Positions 47,720 through 60,886 of a stretch of 64,000 bases of DNA are shown here, piece by piece. Numbering within the stretch: the first letter of the stretch is position 1; each line of letters begins with the position of its first letter. Made by a program: the position numbers and the translations under genes. The notes below the pieces were generated by a model that searched no databases, was not told the origin of the DNA, and saw only the letters and a program-made list of their open reading frames with translations. Location: the NCBI GenBank assembly GCA_958009085.1, contig OY253677.1, forward strand, positions 682,001 to 746,000. Direction: 5' to 3'. This DNA comes from Protoeuglena noctilucae. Lineage: Eukaryota.

Positions 47720-50700
47720 ATGTCTGGCGTGGATGCGTACCAGCAGGCCTGGTTCAACTTGGCCGATGAAGACAACGACGGAGTCGTCAGCGGGGCCGAG
47801 GCGGTGGCCTTCTTCACGCGCTCTGGGCTCCCCAAGAAGGCGCTCGCCGAGGTGCACTGCAGCGCCGGATCGGGCCCCGCAGAGGTCTTGTCACCTCGCC
47901 AGTAGGGCACGGAGACGTTGGCATAAGCGACCAAATGCGACAGATGCGCCTCGGCCGGGCCCGCGGCTGTCCCGTGCCTCTCGGTGCGTCTCCCCCACCG
48001 TGCGCCAAGCCTCGACCCGCCCGGCGCCGCAGGTGTGGGAGATTGTGTCGCAGGGGAAGAACGGTTTGGATCGGCGGCAGTTCGCGAGCGCCCTGAGCGT
48101 CATCGCGCTGGCGCAGCAGTCGGGCGGGTATATCGACCGTGGAAAGGCTGTCAAGGTCATCTCCGGCCTCGCCCCGCCCCCTCCGCCGCCGAAAATGGAC
48201 GGCTTGGAGGTCCCCGGCGCCGCTGAGCCCGCCAAGGCCCCCGTGGGGATGGCTTACTCGCCAGCGCCGGTGCGACCCCGCCGCAGCAAGGCTCATGCGC
48301 CGCGCCTCGCCTGTAGCCCACCCATCACGCCCGCCGGTCCACCGCTGCGCCTCGCTCCCGCTCCACCCGCGTGACCTCCGCCCGCAGGCGCCTTCCTCTC
48401 CCCCGACCCAGTCTTTCAGCGCCTCCCCGGGCGGCCCCTCATTCGCTCCCATGTCATCACATGACGAGGCTCGCTACGTGTCGTGGTTCGACCGCCTGGC
48501 CTCCGGCACCTCTTCTGTGCAAGGCTCCGTATGCTTTGGGGAGTTTCTCAACACAGGTGACGGCATGGCGTGCGTGAAACGCTGGCAACGGACGGGGCAT
48601 GAGAAATGGAACGCACGTGCTGACGGGGTCTGTGTGATGTTGCGCATGCCTGATTCTTCATGCTTGTAACACATTGGTTGTCTGTGCACCTATGGTACCC
48701 TTCTCACTTTGCCCATCATCTGCCCACCCATCGTCCTTACACCCCCCAGGCCTCAGCAAGGCTCATCTGAAGGACATCTGGGCAGCAGTGGCGGGAGATC
48801 AGGGGTACCTGACTCGGCAGCAGTTCATACAGGCGGCTTATCTAATCGACCACGCCAGGCGCGGGGGGTCACTACCCGCGACGCTAGCCCCTGACTTCCC
48901 GCCACGCACCGGGCAGGCCACAGGTGCGGCGCGCCTCGCGTTTGCCTCCGCGCTGCACGTTAATTCATTCGCCAGAGCTGTAGCTGTGTTGGTCTGTACC
49001 CGTCGCTGTGTCATCGCCCTTGCCCACCCTGGTCCTTCACGCCCCAACCACCACCCTGCGTCCCCTTTTGTACAACCCCGACCCCTGCCTCAGTTCCCAC
49101 CTAACCCAACTCCCTCTTTCTACCCCTCTCGCCCCCCGCAGCGCCCCAGCCCTACCAAGCCGCGAGCGCTACCCCCGGCCCCGGCCTGTCCGCCCCCCTC
49201 GGCATCCCCTCTGCGTTCGCTGAGCTGACCACGGCTCTCCCCGAACGATTCACGCGGCCGCCTGAGGCTAAGGAGTTTGTCTTCGCCCCCTCGGCGCCCG
49301 CCCCGTCTTCTTCGCCGGAGTTCGCTTCTCTTTCGGCCGGCGAGCGTCGTCAAGTGCAGGGGGCAGAAGAGGCGACGGCTAAGGCGGAGCGGGAATACCA
49401 GCAACAGCAGCACATGGCGACGGTGCTTAAGTGAGTGTATAAGAGAGGGGTGTACCAGCAACAGCAGCACATGGCGACGGTGCTCAAGTGAGTGTATGTG
49501 TGAGAGAGGGGGAGTACCATCAAGTTACCATGAAGTGTGAATGTGACGCACCATGCTTGCTTTGGTATGCAGGAGGACTGGTACCGTACCTCCACAGCCA
49601 TAGTGTGGATCACGACTTTCCATGCTCGTTTGCGTTCTTGCAGGAACAAGGAGTACTGGTACCGTACTCACCTCCACAGCCATAGTGTGGATCATGACGC
49701 ATCACGCTTGTCCTCGCTTGCAGGAACAAGGAGGACTGGTACCGTCGGGCGATGCAGGACCTCCGCCTCTACCAGGCCCGCATGGACTCTCAGGTGGTCG
49801 AGGTGCAGGCGGCGGCCAGGCAGGTGGAGGCAGAGACCAAGGCACTCGAGGCGCGGTACCAGCAACTGCTGCAGGGCACGCAACAGGTGGGTCGCTGGGG
49901 GTGGATGCGGGGAGATGTGGGATGGGCCGAGTGATGACTGCTGCAGAGCGCGCATGAGCTCCCCTCCTTCCCACCTCGCAGCGCCAGCAGCAGGCCAGCC
50001 CCGTGCTGTCGGCCATGCAGCGCGCGCAGGAGGGCCGCGCGGCGTTGCTTGCGAAGATTGCTGAGCTGGAGCAGCGCGCCCAGGACGACATGCGGGTGAC
50101 GCAGGAGGACGTGGCGAGGGTGGAGGGAGAGAACCGCAGGCTGATGGATGAGGTGAGGGATGCTTAGTGACTGCACTTCAAGAGGGCATGCAGTTTGGGA
50201 GATGAGGTGCGAGGGAGGCACGCACACCTTGCAGTGTGGGGCATGGGGTGTGGGGTGCTGAAGGGAGGACTGCGTGGATTGTTGTGCAAATGCTACTTCA
50301 TGCTACCTTGTGACTTGCAACCTGTCGCCTTCTCTGCACCGCGCGCATCCACCTTCCCTGGTACTAACCAACCCCTGTTCTTATTTTCCCAGGTCCTTCG
50401 ATTGGAGTCCCATGTCCGTGAGATGACGTCGACGAAGGATGAGGCGGAGCGTCGGTACAACGAGACGAGGAGGCAGAAGGAGCAATTGACGCTGAACCAG
50501 GCGGCGGTGGAGAGGGATTTGGAGAGGTACACGCAGGAGGTGAGGGGGCGGAGGGAGAGTCATTCAAATGGGGCAGAAGGTGGGGTGAGAGTGGGTTAAT
50601 GGTGAGGCTGGGCTGAGCTTAAGGCTCTCAAGCATCCGCACCCTCATCACGATGTTTGTACATGGCAACTTATACATTGTCACAATTTACAACTTGCGGT

Positions 50701-51499
50701 GGTGTTTGAGATGTCCAAGCTTACGCCCACGCCTTCCATGCCCCCACAGGTGGACCGCCTCATGCGCGAGGTGTCCTCCCTGCAGTCGGCGCCGCAGTAC
50801 CGGCAGCTGACTCAGGTCCTGCGTCAGGCGCTGGACGTGGTTTCGCAGCTGCAGCGGAGGGCCGCCGCGCTTGGGTTGCCCCTCCCGGCCGAGCTGGGCG
50901 CCCTGCCCCCATCCTGGGACGCCTCGTCTCTCGAAACGGCACAGGACTGGGACGCGTTCCCCGACGAGGGATTCGAACTCGTGACCTCCCTCCCGAGCCA
51001 CATGCGGCCCGCGGGGCTCCCGCCGCTCACGCCCGCGACGTGGCTGGGGCTGGGAGGGAGTGGAGGCGGAGGCGGTGGCGGTGGTGGTGGCAGTGGCGGT
51101 GGCGGAGGTGGCGGTGGGGGTGGGGACAGACATGGATCGGATGCGAGAGAAGGTCACGGGTACGGGGGAACCGGGGGGCAAGGGGGGCAAGGAAGTCACG
51201 GGGGAGCCCAACCTGTGAGTCGCTCCAGTGCGGGGTTAGCAACGTTTGGGGACGCGGCGGAGGATCCTTTCGAGTCGTGGGGGGGAGCGGGAGTGCCGCA
51301 AGGGACGGGGGCGAATGCGGCGGGGGCGGGTGGCAAGGCGGCGCAGGGATGGGCCGGGAATGGGTCGGTGGGGGGCAGTGGGGGCAAGGGCGGGGAGGCG
51401 TTCCCTTCGTTTGACTTTGGGTTTGGGTCTGCGCAGCAGGGCGTGGGCGGGGAGCACAAGGCAGCGGGGGACGTCTTTGGCGGCGACCCTTTCGGTTAA
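47720..51499 (+). CDS. EH-domain endocytic adaptor (Eps15/Pan1-like): two EH domains, coiled coil, DPF motifs
   Basis: AWFNLADEDNDGVVSGAEAVAFFTRSGLPKKALAEVWE (EH1); second EH domain FDRL...VQGSVCFGEFLNTGLSKAHLKDIW...YLTRQQF; coiled coil; WDAFPDEGF; C-terminal EDPF and GDPFG*. Confidence 0.88.
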
Positions 51500-51688
51500 A
51501 GATAGGCGCCGCTGTGAAGCGAGGCTGGGTCGGCTGGGTTCAGATGTCAGACACTGGCAACTCGTCGAAAAGTGATGCTGGCCGCGCCGTGACGATGTCA
51601 TGGTGTGTCTCTGAGAGCTGAACTTCCTGAGCTTGGCACTTGCGGGAGAGCGCAGCATGCCCCGCACTGGCTGGCCGTGACGCTTTGG

Positions 51689-53131
51689 ATGTCCGGCCCA
51701 GCGTCCCGGGTCGACGATGTGGGGCTCGGTAATCTCGTGAGGACCATCGTGAAGGATGGCTGGGCGCCGCCGCAGCTCCTGCGGGCCTGGCGGCAGCTCA
51801 TCGTCGACTTCTTGGCGGTGTGGACGGGTGCGTTCCGTCTACAGGCGCTTTCAGCATCCCTTCGCAGCATCCCACGATGCATCCTTACTTTATGCAGGTG
51901 TCCGTCCGACTTTCATGATTGACTACTGCCGGGGGACCGCGGAATCGTGGTGGGAAGTGCTGGTGCAGCTCGCCGAGCACTTCGGATTGCCCGGTGCGTG
52001 CTCGGCCTCCGATTCGTGCGCATGGATACGACATTGCACAGTCACAGCTGCCATTGCGCTCGCTGCGCGTCATTCGCGCAGGAGATGGCCTGGCGAACCT
52101 GGCTGTCCTGACGCTCGACGATTGCTGCTACGTCGCGGACCGCCGCGCGTTGAGGAGTCACCTGAGCACATGTATGCGTGATGTGCGATTCATCGCTTTC
52201 CCTGCCGAGGGCCCACATTGGGCGGAGAGGACGGGTGAGGGTCGGTTCTGCGCAGGCTCACAGCGGACTGCGATGGGTTTGTGAGGCCGACTTTCGCCAG
52301 CTGTGCGCAGAGGAGGGTCGCCGGTTGCAGGAGAAGCTTGGCAACAGCGTGAGAGAGGTCCTCCTGCCTCTCCTGGAGGACAATCCCGTCCCATCGCCAT
52401 CCTCTGCGGCGCGTGCTGTCATCGACCTCAGCACCGCAGCTGCCTTCATCGTCATGCCGATCCTGAACGGCCTTCTGGTAATTGCCGCAACGCGACGACA
52501 GCGAGGGACCTGATTGCATGGCCTGTACACCTCAACAGCTAATCCCAGCAGTGCAGGCGACTCCACTTGGGCATGGATGCTCCCGCGCTCCTCCCGCCGT
52601 AGGGAGTTCATGCTAGCCTGGGCCTCTACCCCCTCCCACCATGTCCGTGGCTGCAGTTGGGGTACCCTGTCGTGTACCTGCTGCGGCATGACAACGTCGC
52701 TCAGGCGGCCCGCGCCCTGACCAATGCAGACGTGCAGGTCGTGTCTGTCGAGTGCCGGTGCTTGCCTTCAGGACCCTCCGCCACCGCCTTCACCCTCACG
52801 GCATGCTCCGCGCCCTGCGACCTCTGCCCAGGTCAGTCCGGGTCGGTTGGGGCAGGTCACAGTCATTGCGTGGTGTGCTGGTGAATGTGGCAGTGACCAC
52901 GGCAACCGCTATGCCCTGCAAGGATGGTTAGCGTCACCAGCGTTCGCCATGAGCGTGATCGTTGGCCACTCATCACCCTCCGATCCCACGCTTCGCAGAG
53001 GGCGGTCAGGACGCCGTTGGACTTCCTGGGCCTCGCGAGCCAAGGACGAGGCGTCGCGCCAGAAACACCTGTTTTCTGACGTCGCCGTCGCCAGCCACGT
53101 GCACCCGGCGGGGAAGCCCGTGGCACTCTGA
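51689..53131 (+). CDS. UPF0739 / C1orf74 (DUF4504)-like protein
   Basis: Spliced DFLAVWTG|VRPTFMIDY, PILNGLL|LGYPVVY, ACSAP, and C-terminal KPVAL*. These match my recollection of the family motifs (RPxxLxDY, GxLLGYP). Confidence 0.7.
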
Positions 53132-54357
53132 CGATGAGCCTGCCAGTTCCGTACAGCATAGTGGCAAGAGCCGTGCTTAGCACGTTTCGCGTCTCACATT
53201 TCAAACGCGAGGAGCAGCAGCGGCCATGGCAGCGTAACAACCGTGCTTGGGCCCCTTGTGTTGCGGCGCTTGGGGCAAACGCCGCGCAAAGGTGGGTCTT
53301 GCCTTTGATACGCCCGGGTGAGGCCGGCAAGGGTTCTAAGGGTCACAACAAGTCACGAAACGTCGCACGGGGTCACGGAAAGGATCGCTGCAGTCGGTTG
53401 CCTTGATACGTGGCGAGCTGCGCCAGGCAGCCTGCGTCTGTGGCCACCGCGAGGTTCGTAGTCCGATGTGGAGACAGGCTGCGCTGGGCGAGCGGCCTTA
53501 AGCATGGAGGGAAACCGAATGAGAGTGCGGCGACGGTCAGCACATCCACCGTGTCGGGTGCAGGGTGCAAGCGGCAGCAGAGTACGACTGCCGGTGCCCC
53601 CCGGTGCGTGGGTGGACCTGCGGAGATATCACGGCAACGCCCGCGTGCAATTCTGGCTGCGTCACGTCGCTGCCAGAACGCAGCGGGGGCCGTGGCGGTG
53701 CTTGGGGTGGAGGAACAGCAAGGTCCTGGCGACTGCGCCGGGACAAGGAAGGGTCACGACGACAAAAAGCGCGCTCTACATGGCACAGGGCGTTATGAAG
53801 CTAGGGAGGAAAGGCAAAGGGGATCACAGCCTCGCGGACCTCGCACGGGGCGAGGTGGGGCAAGGTGGTGGAGGGAGTCGGGGCTAGGCGTGCGTGTTTT
53901 GGGACGGCGCGGCTGCGCCTGCATCGTTGGTGCGCAAGACAGAGAGGAGGGCGCTAGGCATAACTGACGGGGCGGCTAGGCCTAACAACGGAAACGGCTG
54001 GACCCTGGCACGAGTCATGCCTGACTGGGGAGCTGTCTGTCGGACACTGACGCGTGCCCGGGGGCGGGGCTACAAGCGAGGGGCGGAGGGCGCGGCAGGC
54101 GTGGGGCGGCTGCTAACCACCCTGTCGCGGCCCTCTGTTCTACAAACAAGCATGGTCTAAAATGTGGGCGGGGGAGGCCGGGCGGGGCTGAGGTGGCGCC
54201 GGGGCTCTCACGGGGACGCGCGCTGGGTCGGGCGCTGGCAAAAGGGATTCTGGCAAAATGGATTGACGCGCTCTGACTCTGTGGCGCGGGCCGCGCTGTG
54301 CCGCGGCGGGGCACCGAGTGTCCGTCGCAACTGCACCGCCCCCGCGTGTCCTGCCCC

Positions 54358-57300
54358 TCACAGCATATCCATAGACACGCCCTCCTGCTCCCCCTGCCCC
54401 TCCAGCTCAGTCACTAGGCTGGAAAGGCCCTCCAGGACTCTGCCTGAGAAGCTGTCCTTGGTGGGAGCAGAGAGGAGGTATGTCTGCATGGTGCCTTTAC
54501 CCTTGCACTCCACGCCGCCTGTGCAGAGAGGGCAGGGAGGGCGCGCGTGAGGGTCAGGAGACGTGCGACGTGACAAGGCACATGGCAAGACATCATGAGA
54601 TGTGACTATACATGGCGAGTATCAAAGGGCACATGCCTGTTACCACGGTCGTCGCTCACCGGTGGGGACAAAGTCGAGGGCGGCCGTGGCAGTGCCGTAG
54701 TTCTTCTTCAGCAAACTAAACATGTCTTGAGAGATCTGGATCTTGCCCGGCAGCCCCGTGCTCTCCATGCGTGACGCGGTGTTGATAGTGTCCCCGAACA
54801 GACAATAGCGGGGCATCTTGGTGCCCACCACGCCACTGCGAGGGTGGACCAGAGGGTGGGCAGGTAAGGGAGGTAGCGGTGCAGGGTGCAGGCATTGCCA
54901 CTGCACCAACCACACGCCATGCAACACGCGCATTGTGTTCATGCCTTCCACGCGGTCACCTCATGGCGGGCCCGACATGCAGCCCGATGCGGATGTTGAG
55001 TGGCTGGTCGTTGGGCATTAGAAGGCCCTGGGTGGCGGACATCATGTCGAGGGCGAGGGCGAGGGTGCGCAGGGGCGCCTCGCTTTCGCCTAAGAGCCCC
55101 CCCGCCACCATGTAAGCGTCCCCGATCGTCTCCACCTTGTAGAGGCCGTGGGCGTCGACGAGGAGGTCGAACATCTGCAAGGAGATGACGTAAGTTTAAT
55201 GATTGATCCATGGATCGGTCGGATAGAACGAGAGATGGGCGTAGCAGCCATGATTGATTCTTAACTCAATCGTAGCACAGATGAAGCGTGAGTTCCGTGT
55301 ATATAATACAGACTAGTAGTCGGTGCTAAGTCCGCACCTTTTCGCACCTTCTCCGTTACATCGCCCTCATCGTCTCACCTGGTAGAGGGCGTCTAGCATG
55401 GACATGACGTGGCCGGGCAACACGGCCTGGGACATGCTGGTAAAGCCCTTGATGTCTGGGAACAGGACCACGACCTGGCTGTGCTCCTCGGCATAAAGGG
55501 CGTCCTGGTTGCCGCACCAGTCGGGCGCAGGGATGGGGCCCGAGTCGTCCAGAGGGTTCAAACCCACGGTCAGGCACCTGGGGGAGGCGAGATAGGAACA
55601 GGTGAGATACGACGGGCGGACTGTTGAGTGTCACAGGTGCAAGCTCAGTGGCGAAACAACAGCCATGTTGCAAAGGCATCTTGCAAAGTCTACAGGAAGT
55701 GTCACCAGCGCATGTACGTTTTGCCTTCTCGCATCGCCTCACCGTATGACATGGCCCAGCGCCCCAAAGGGGAGGCTGTCTGCGTCCATAGACCCCGCAT
55801 CCGACGGCCGCTCCGAGATGCGAGAGAGAGCCACAGCAGGCGTGAGGTCTTTGGCCGTCTCGACACCCTCCGCGTCAACGCCGGCGTCGGGCACAGCCCA
55901 GCTACCCGAGGCATCCGCGGACCGGGCCTCCGCTACTGCGCTCGCCAGGCTGCGCCCGCTCGCGCCCGCGCGGAGGTGCGCGCTGCCGCGGGCCCGCTCG
56001 CCCCCGCTGCCGCCCGGCACAAGGTCCGCGCCAGACACCGCATCCATCAGCGCTGGGGTGTCCATCAGCGCAGCCAGGGCCGCCGCCGGGGGCGCCGCCG
56101 CACCGTTGCTCGCCCGGCGCATCGTGATTGCCCCCGCCAGCGACGGCCCGGACGCCCCCGCAACCCCGGCTCCCTGCGACGGAGTCCCGGCCCCCGCCAG
56201 CAGCCGCATGGCGCCGTTGGGCTGGCCCATGAGCTGCCGGCACATCAGCGCCCCGGCAATCTCACTCGCGTTGGCCGTGTGCGTCTTGACCAGCCGCGGC
56301 GGCGCCCGGCGGCCGCTGTTCTCTGCCGCATCGCCGTCCACCCCAGACCAGGGCCGGGGGTCCGTTCCCAGTTGCATGCCCGGCGGGACATTAGAGGGCG
56401 AGTCGGGCTGGCCGGCACGGACCGCGCCCTTCATGCTCTGCTGGGGCGTCCCCTCAATGCAGCTGCGCTTGTCGCCCCGGCTGCCCAGCAACGCGGCCAC
56501 CAGCGACCGCCCCCCGCCCTGCCAGCGGGGCGGGCCCCTCCGCGCCAGGCTCATCGTGTAGGGCATCCCAGACGCCACCAGCGAATCCTTTTCTAGATCC
56601 ACCGAGGCCGCGTGCGGGTGCTGTAGCATGCCGAGGTGCTGGGCCGCAGCGTCTGCCGACACCGCCCCAGCATTGCCGACATCACTGTCCAAAGCGGCCC
56701 CGACGTTCCCGGACCCCTGGGACTGCGACCAGGGCCGCGACTGCAGGGCCCCGGCCTCGGACGACGCGTGCCCGTGACCGGGCGCAGGCGGGGCGGCGTG
56801 GCTGGCCACGCCTGAGGACGTGGCCGGCCGACCACGCCTCCCGCCACCCGCCCCGGAGCTGTGGGCCGCCGCGGAGGGACTCGTGCCGCCGTCGCGCGAA
56901 TGGACCTCCGTCAACAGCTCGCGGATCTCGTCCACCATGCTGGTGCCCTGGCCCATCCTTGCTGACGACCCCGCCGGGCCTGCGCGGGGCGGCAGCGGCG
57001 CGGGCGCCCGCTGCTGCGCCGGCCGCGCCTGGGGCGGCGCGGGGGGCGCCTCGTCACAGCTAGAGCTGCGCGGGATGATCGGGACCCGCAGAGCCCCCAT
57101 GTCCGCCCCCCGTGAGATGCTGCCCAAGCCGCCCATCACCCCCAGGGGCCCCAGCGCGTGCCCTAGGCTCTTCTGCCGCAGCGTCTCGACCAGCGCCGCC
57201 GCCGCGTTGCCCTCGTGGCCCCGCGAGCCGCGCGCCGACGTCCCCTCCAGCGCAAAGCCCAGCACCTGGTTGCTGCCCTTGCCCTTCCTGCCGTTGCCCC

Positions 57301-60300
57301 GCACCCAGCTGAAAGGCTCCTCGGGGGTCGGAGACGCCTCCTCCCGCGTCGCAGCCAGCAGCGTCGCTCTCACCGCCTCCGCTCTCACTGCCTCCGCCCC
57401 CACGCCACCGTCCGAGTCCCCCGCCGCATCTGCCGCCGCGGTCGCGCCCTCGCCCCGGGCGGGCGCCCCGAACAGCCCCCGCACCACGCCCCGCTGCTTG
57501 CGCCCCTCCGCCCGCGCACCCGCCTCGCTCCCCGTCACCCTCTGCGCCCAGCTGTTCTCCCTGCTCTCCTCCGCCGTCGCCCCGTGCAGCACGCACGAGT
57601 TGTGCGAGTCGTGCAGATGCGTGTGGTCCATCGTCAACCCCAACGCCTGCTGGGCATTGCGGGGTGGGCCAGGGTGGGCCAAGGCGCCACGCCCGCGCCC
57701 CGACGACGCGACCGGGAGCTCCTCGGTGTCACCGCCGCCCCCCACGATGACCTTGAGCGGCGTAGGCGGCGACACACGCCGCGCGATGGCGTGGGCGGGG
57801 CCCGAGTAAACGTACCCCGGCTCCTTGGCGCTCCCGGACCGGCCCATCCACCCGCCCACGCGGGGCGTGGAGTCACCCGCGAGGGCCGGGCCGTCCGCGT
57901 CCGCCCCCGCGACGCTGTGCGTCAGGCGGCTGCGGTCGGCGCCCACCGACCGGCGGAACAGCCGCTCGTGGCCCGTGCCGGTCGGCCGCACCGACCAGAA
58001 CGTGGTCGCGGCGGGCAGCGCCGGCGTGGTCGCCGGCACCGCAGCGCCCGCCTCCGCCCCAGCCCCGGTGGACGGGAACAGCCCGCTGCTCGACGCGATG
58101 GCCAGCTGTGACTGCGACGGTGCCCCACCCACGCGGTTCCACCCTCCCGGCAGGTCCTGGCTGCCCCGTCGTCGCATGCGCGTGGCCAGGCTCGCATTGA
58201 TGCTCATCTGCATCTCAAGAGGGCCGAAGGATTCGCCACCCGCCGACGCATCGCCCAGCGAAGGGGGCGTGTGGCCGTCAGGGATAGGCGTCATGCTGGG
58301 GCCCCCACGGCCCGTGAGCCTCCCGCCACCCAGGAACCCCAGGCCACTCAGCGCGGCAGCCAGCCCGCCGTCCGCGCTCGTCTCCCCGCGCGTCCGCCCG
58401 CCGCTCTCGTCGTCGCTGCCGCCCTGTGGCACCGAGTCAAGGGTGGCGGTGTGCCGCGCCGACCATGCCTCGTTAAGAGCGCCGCCCTGCGCGGTGGGCC
58501 CCGACGTCGACCGGTGGCTCATGCCGACGGTGGAGTCGGTGCCGCGCGTCTTGGCGCTCTCCGAGAGCATCGCCAGGGGCCCGCTCGTGTTGTTGAGGCG
58601 CGAGCGGTGCAGCGCCGCCATTGACCGAGGGTGCGCCTCTGGGTCGCTGTGGCTGTCGGAGCAGAGAGACATGGACGCCGTCAAGTCGCCGTGGAGGTCG
58701 CTGGCGCACCGCTCGGCGCGCCCCCGGGCCGACCCCGTGCCCTGCTGCGAGCCCAGGTCGGCCGGGAGCGACATACGCGTGGCCTGCGCCTTGCCGCCCT
58801 CGTGCGTCGTGGGCACGCGCGGCGCCGCCGTCCCGCTCCCGGAGGCGGCGTTGTTGCGGGACCCGGTCAGGCTCGACCGGGCGCGCGACGACGACGACGT
58901 GCCCAGCCGCTGCCTCAGGTTCTGCATGTCGATGGCCTGGCTGCGGCTGCGGGTGGTCCATGTCGTGGCAAGCTTCTCCACGACCTGTCTCGGCATCATC
59001 TCGTACAGAAGGCTCTCCTTCTGCTCCTTCTCGTAGATGCTCCGTATGGCCAGGTCGATGGCCCGGTTGAGCATCCCGATCATGACGAGCGCCATGGCCA
59101 GCAGTGACGCCAGGCCCTGCACGATGCGCAGCTCCTCCAGGTGCAGCGTGGGGCGGGACGTGAGCGCGCCCATCAGCACGCCCACGCTCGTGCCGCACAC
59201 GACGATTGGGAAAGTCACCACGCAGTCGCTCTCGGGGCCGCCCCAGATGCCAGCCATCTCCGGGAACGGGCGCTCGTCCGCGGACCGGCCCCGCAGGTGA
59301 GGCACGACGACGGCGGCCTGCCGGCCGAGGCAGTGGGCCAGGAGGCCCCCGGGGACGAAGGGCACCTCGTCGCCCACGCCCAGCGGCGCGCCGTGTGACC
59401 CGAGCGTCCCCGTCTGCACCTTGAGCGTCGCGGACGGGCCGTTGGTCGAGACGACGCCTGCGTGGGTTGAGCGGGGAGGCGCTGCGTGAGGGCATGTCAC
59501 GGTTCTGAGACCGTCAGCTGTCCCCATCGTGACACTACCCTGACTGCGTGGCGAGTGCACTCATGCAGCCAGTCGTGGTGAGGGCATCCGTGCAGCCAAT
59601 CCGAGTCTCCGATCGACTCTCCCAGGGGCAGGGCAAGCACGGCAGGGCACACCCATGTTGTGTCACATCACAAATGGCATGCGGTCTGCCCCCATCCCTC
59701 ACCAGCCCAGTCGAGGTCGAGGATCTCTTTCATGCTCTTGGATATCCAGTCCATGGCCTCCTCGTCCGTGTCGAGCCGGTGCAGCATGTCGCCCATCTCG
59801 ACGATCAAGTCGTTCAGACGCCGCCCCTCGTGGACCTCCCCCATCGCCGGCTTGCGCTTGGGCGCGTGAGACAGCGCCACGGTGCTGCGGGGTGGGACGA
59901 GTGGATGTGACTCAGCCATTCGTGCTACAGGGATCCGCGCGCTGGCGAGCAGCAACGTACCGAAAACGAGCACTCGGCGCTGGGCTGAGCTGACGCGACA
60001 TGCGGCCACTGTCACTTTGCATGGGGTTCTTACCGAATGAGGGCCACGGGGATGCTCCACGCGTGGATGTGGGGATCCCAGAACACCGCGAGACCCTCGC
60101 CGCTGGAGCGGTCCGCGGCTGGGCCCCTCGGGGAGCGGACGCAAGCTGCCAGCGACCGAAGGGCGGCTATCGCGCCCGCCACGCCCGCGCCGCCCCCCTC
60201 GCGTCGGGTCGGGCCCCTCCCGCGAAGGATGCTCTTCTCCGCCATCATCCGGATGCCGCTGCCGTTCTCCGGCGGCGAAGGGACGACGCGGACGCGTGAG

Positions 60301-60886
60301 TTGCCCCGGGAGTGGCCTGTGCGGTCGCGGGTGCGGTTCGTGGGGGTGCGAGGAGTGCGGGGGGTGCCGTCCGCGACGCTCTCCACCATGCGCTCTTCCA
60401 TAACCGCTTCGAGCGGACCGGCCTTGAGCGGCCCGGACCAGCGGGCGGCCTCGTTTGTGCTGTGGCGCTGGGAGGTCTGCAAGCACGGCCGGCGACAGAC
60501 TCGTCGCGCGGGCTCGGAGAGCGAAATGACTAAGTCCGTGGTTTCGCGACTCGTGCGTGTGTCGAGTCGCACGCGCGCGCACCAGGGAGTTCGCCTGGGT
60601 CTCCAGGCTCTTCCGCCCCCCGTCCAAGGCCTCGCCAGCACCGTAGCCCTCCCCGCCGGCCAGCATCGCCTGCATTACCTGCGAGTGAGCGAGGTGCAAA
60701 CGTGGCACGCGCAGGGAGGGGAGGCCGCCGCGCCAGACACCAAAGCGCGCCTAGCCACGCCGCATGTAGCATGGTCCCGCGGTGGCCCCAGCTCCCGGTG
60801 CCACCCGCCGTGGCACGCTAGGACAGGTGGTGCATGCAGCGCACGCGCGCGCTGGGCGAGCGCGTCGCGACGGCCACCTGTTCCAT
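54358..60886 (-). CDS. Class III guanylate cyclase with GAF domain, signalling helix and a very long low-complexity insertion
   Basis: GAF-like [17 protein letters not shown]...[12 protein letters not shown]; helix [21 protein letters not shown]; catalytic [59 protein letters not shown]. The Glu (KVET) and Cys (RYCLFG) residues indicate GTP specificity. The start exon (MEQ) is tentative. Confidence 0.9.

Noticed and set aside
53140..54350. ORFs of 139-185 aa between the C1orf74-like gene and the cyclase
   Set aside because: They look like chance ORFs in GC-rich convergent 3' regions, with no recognisable domain.
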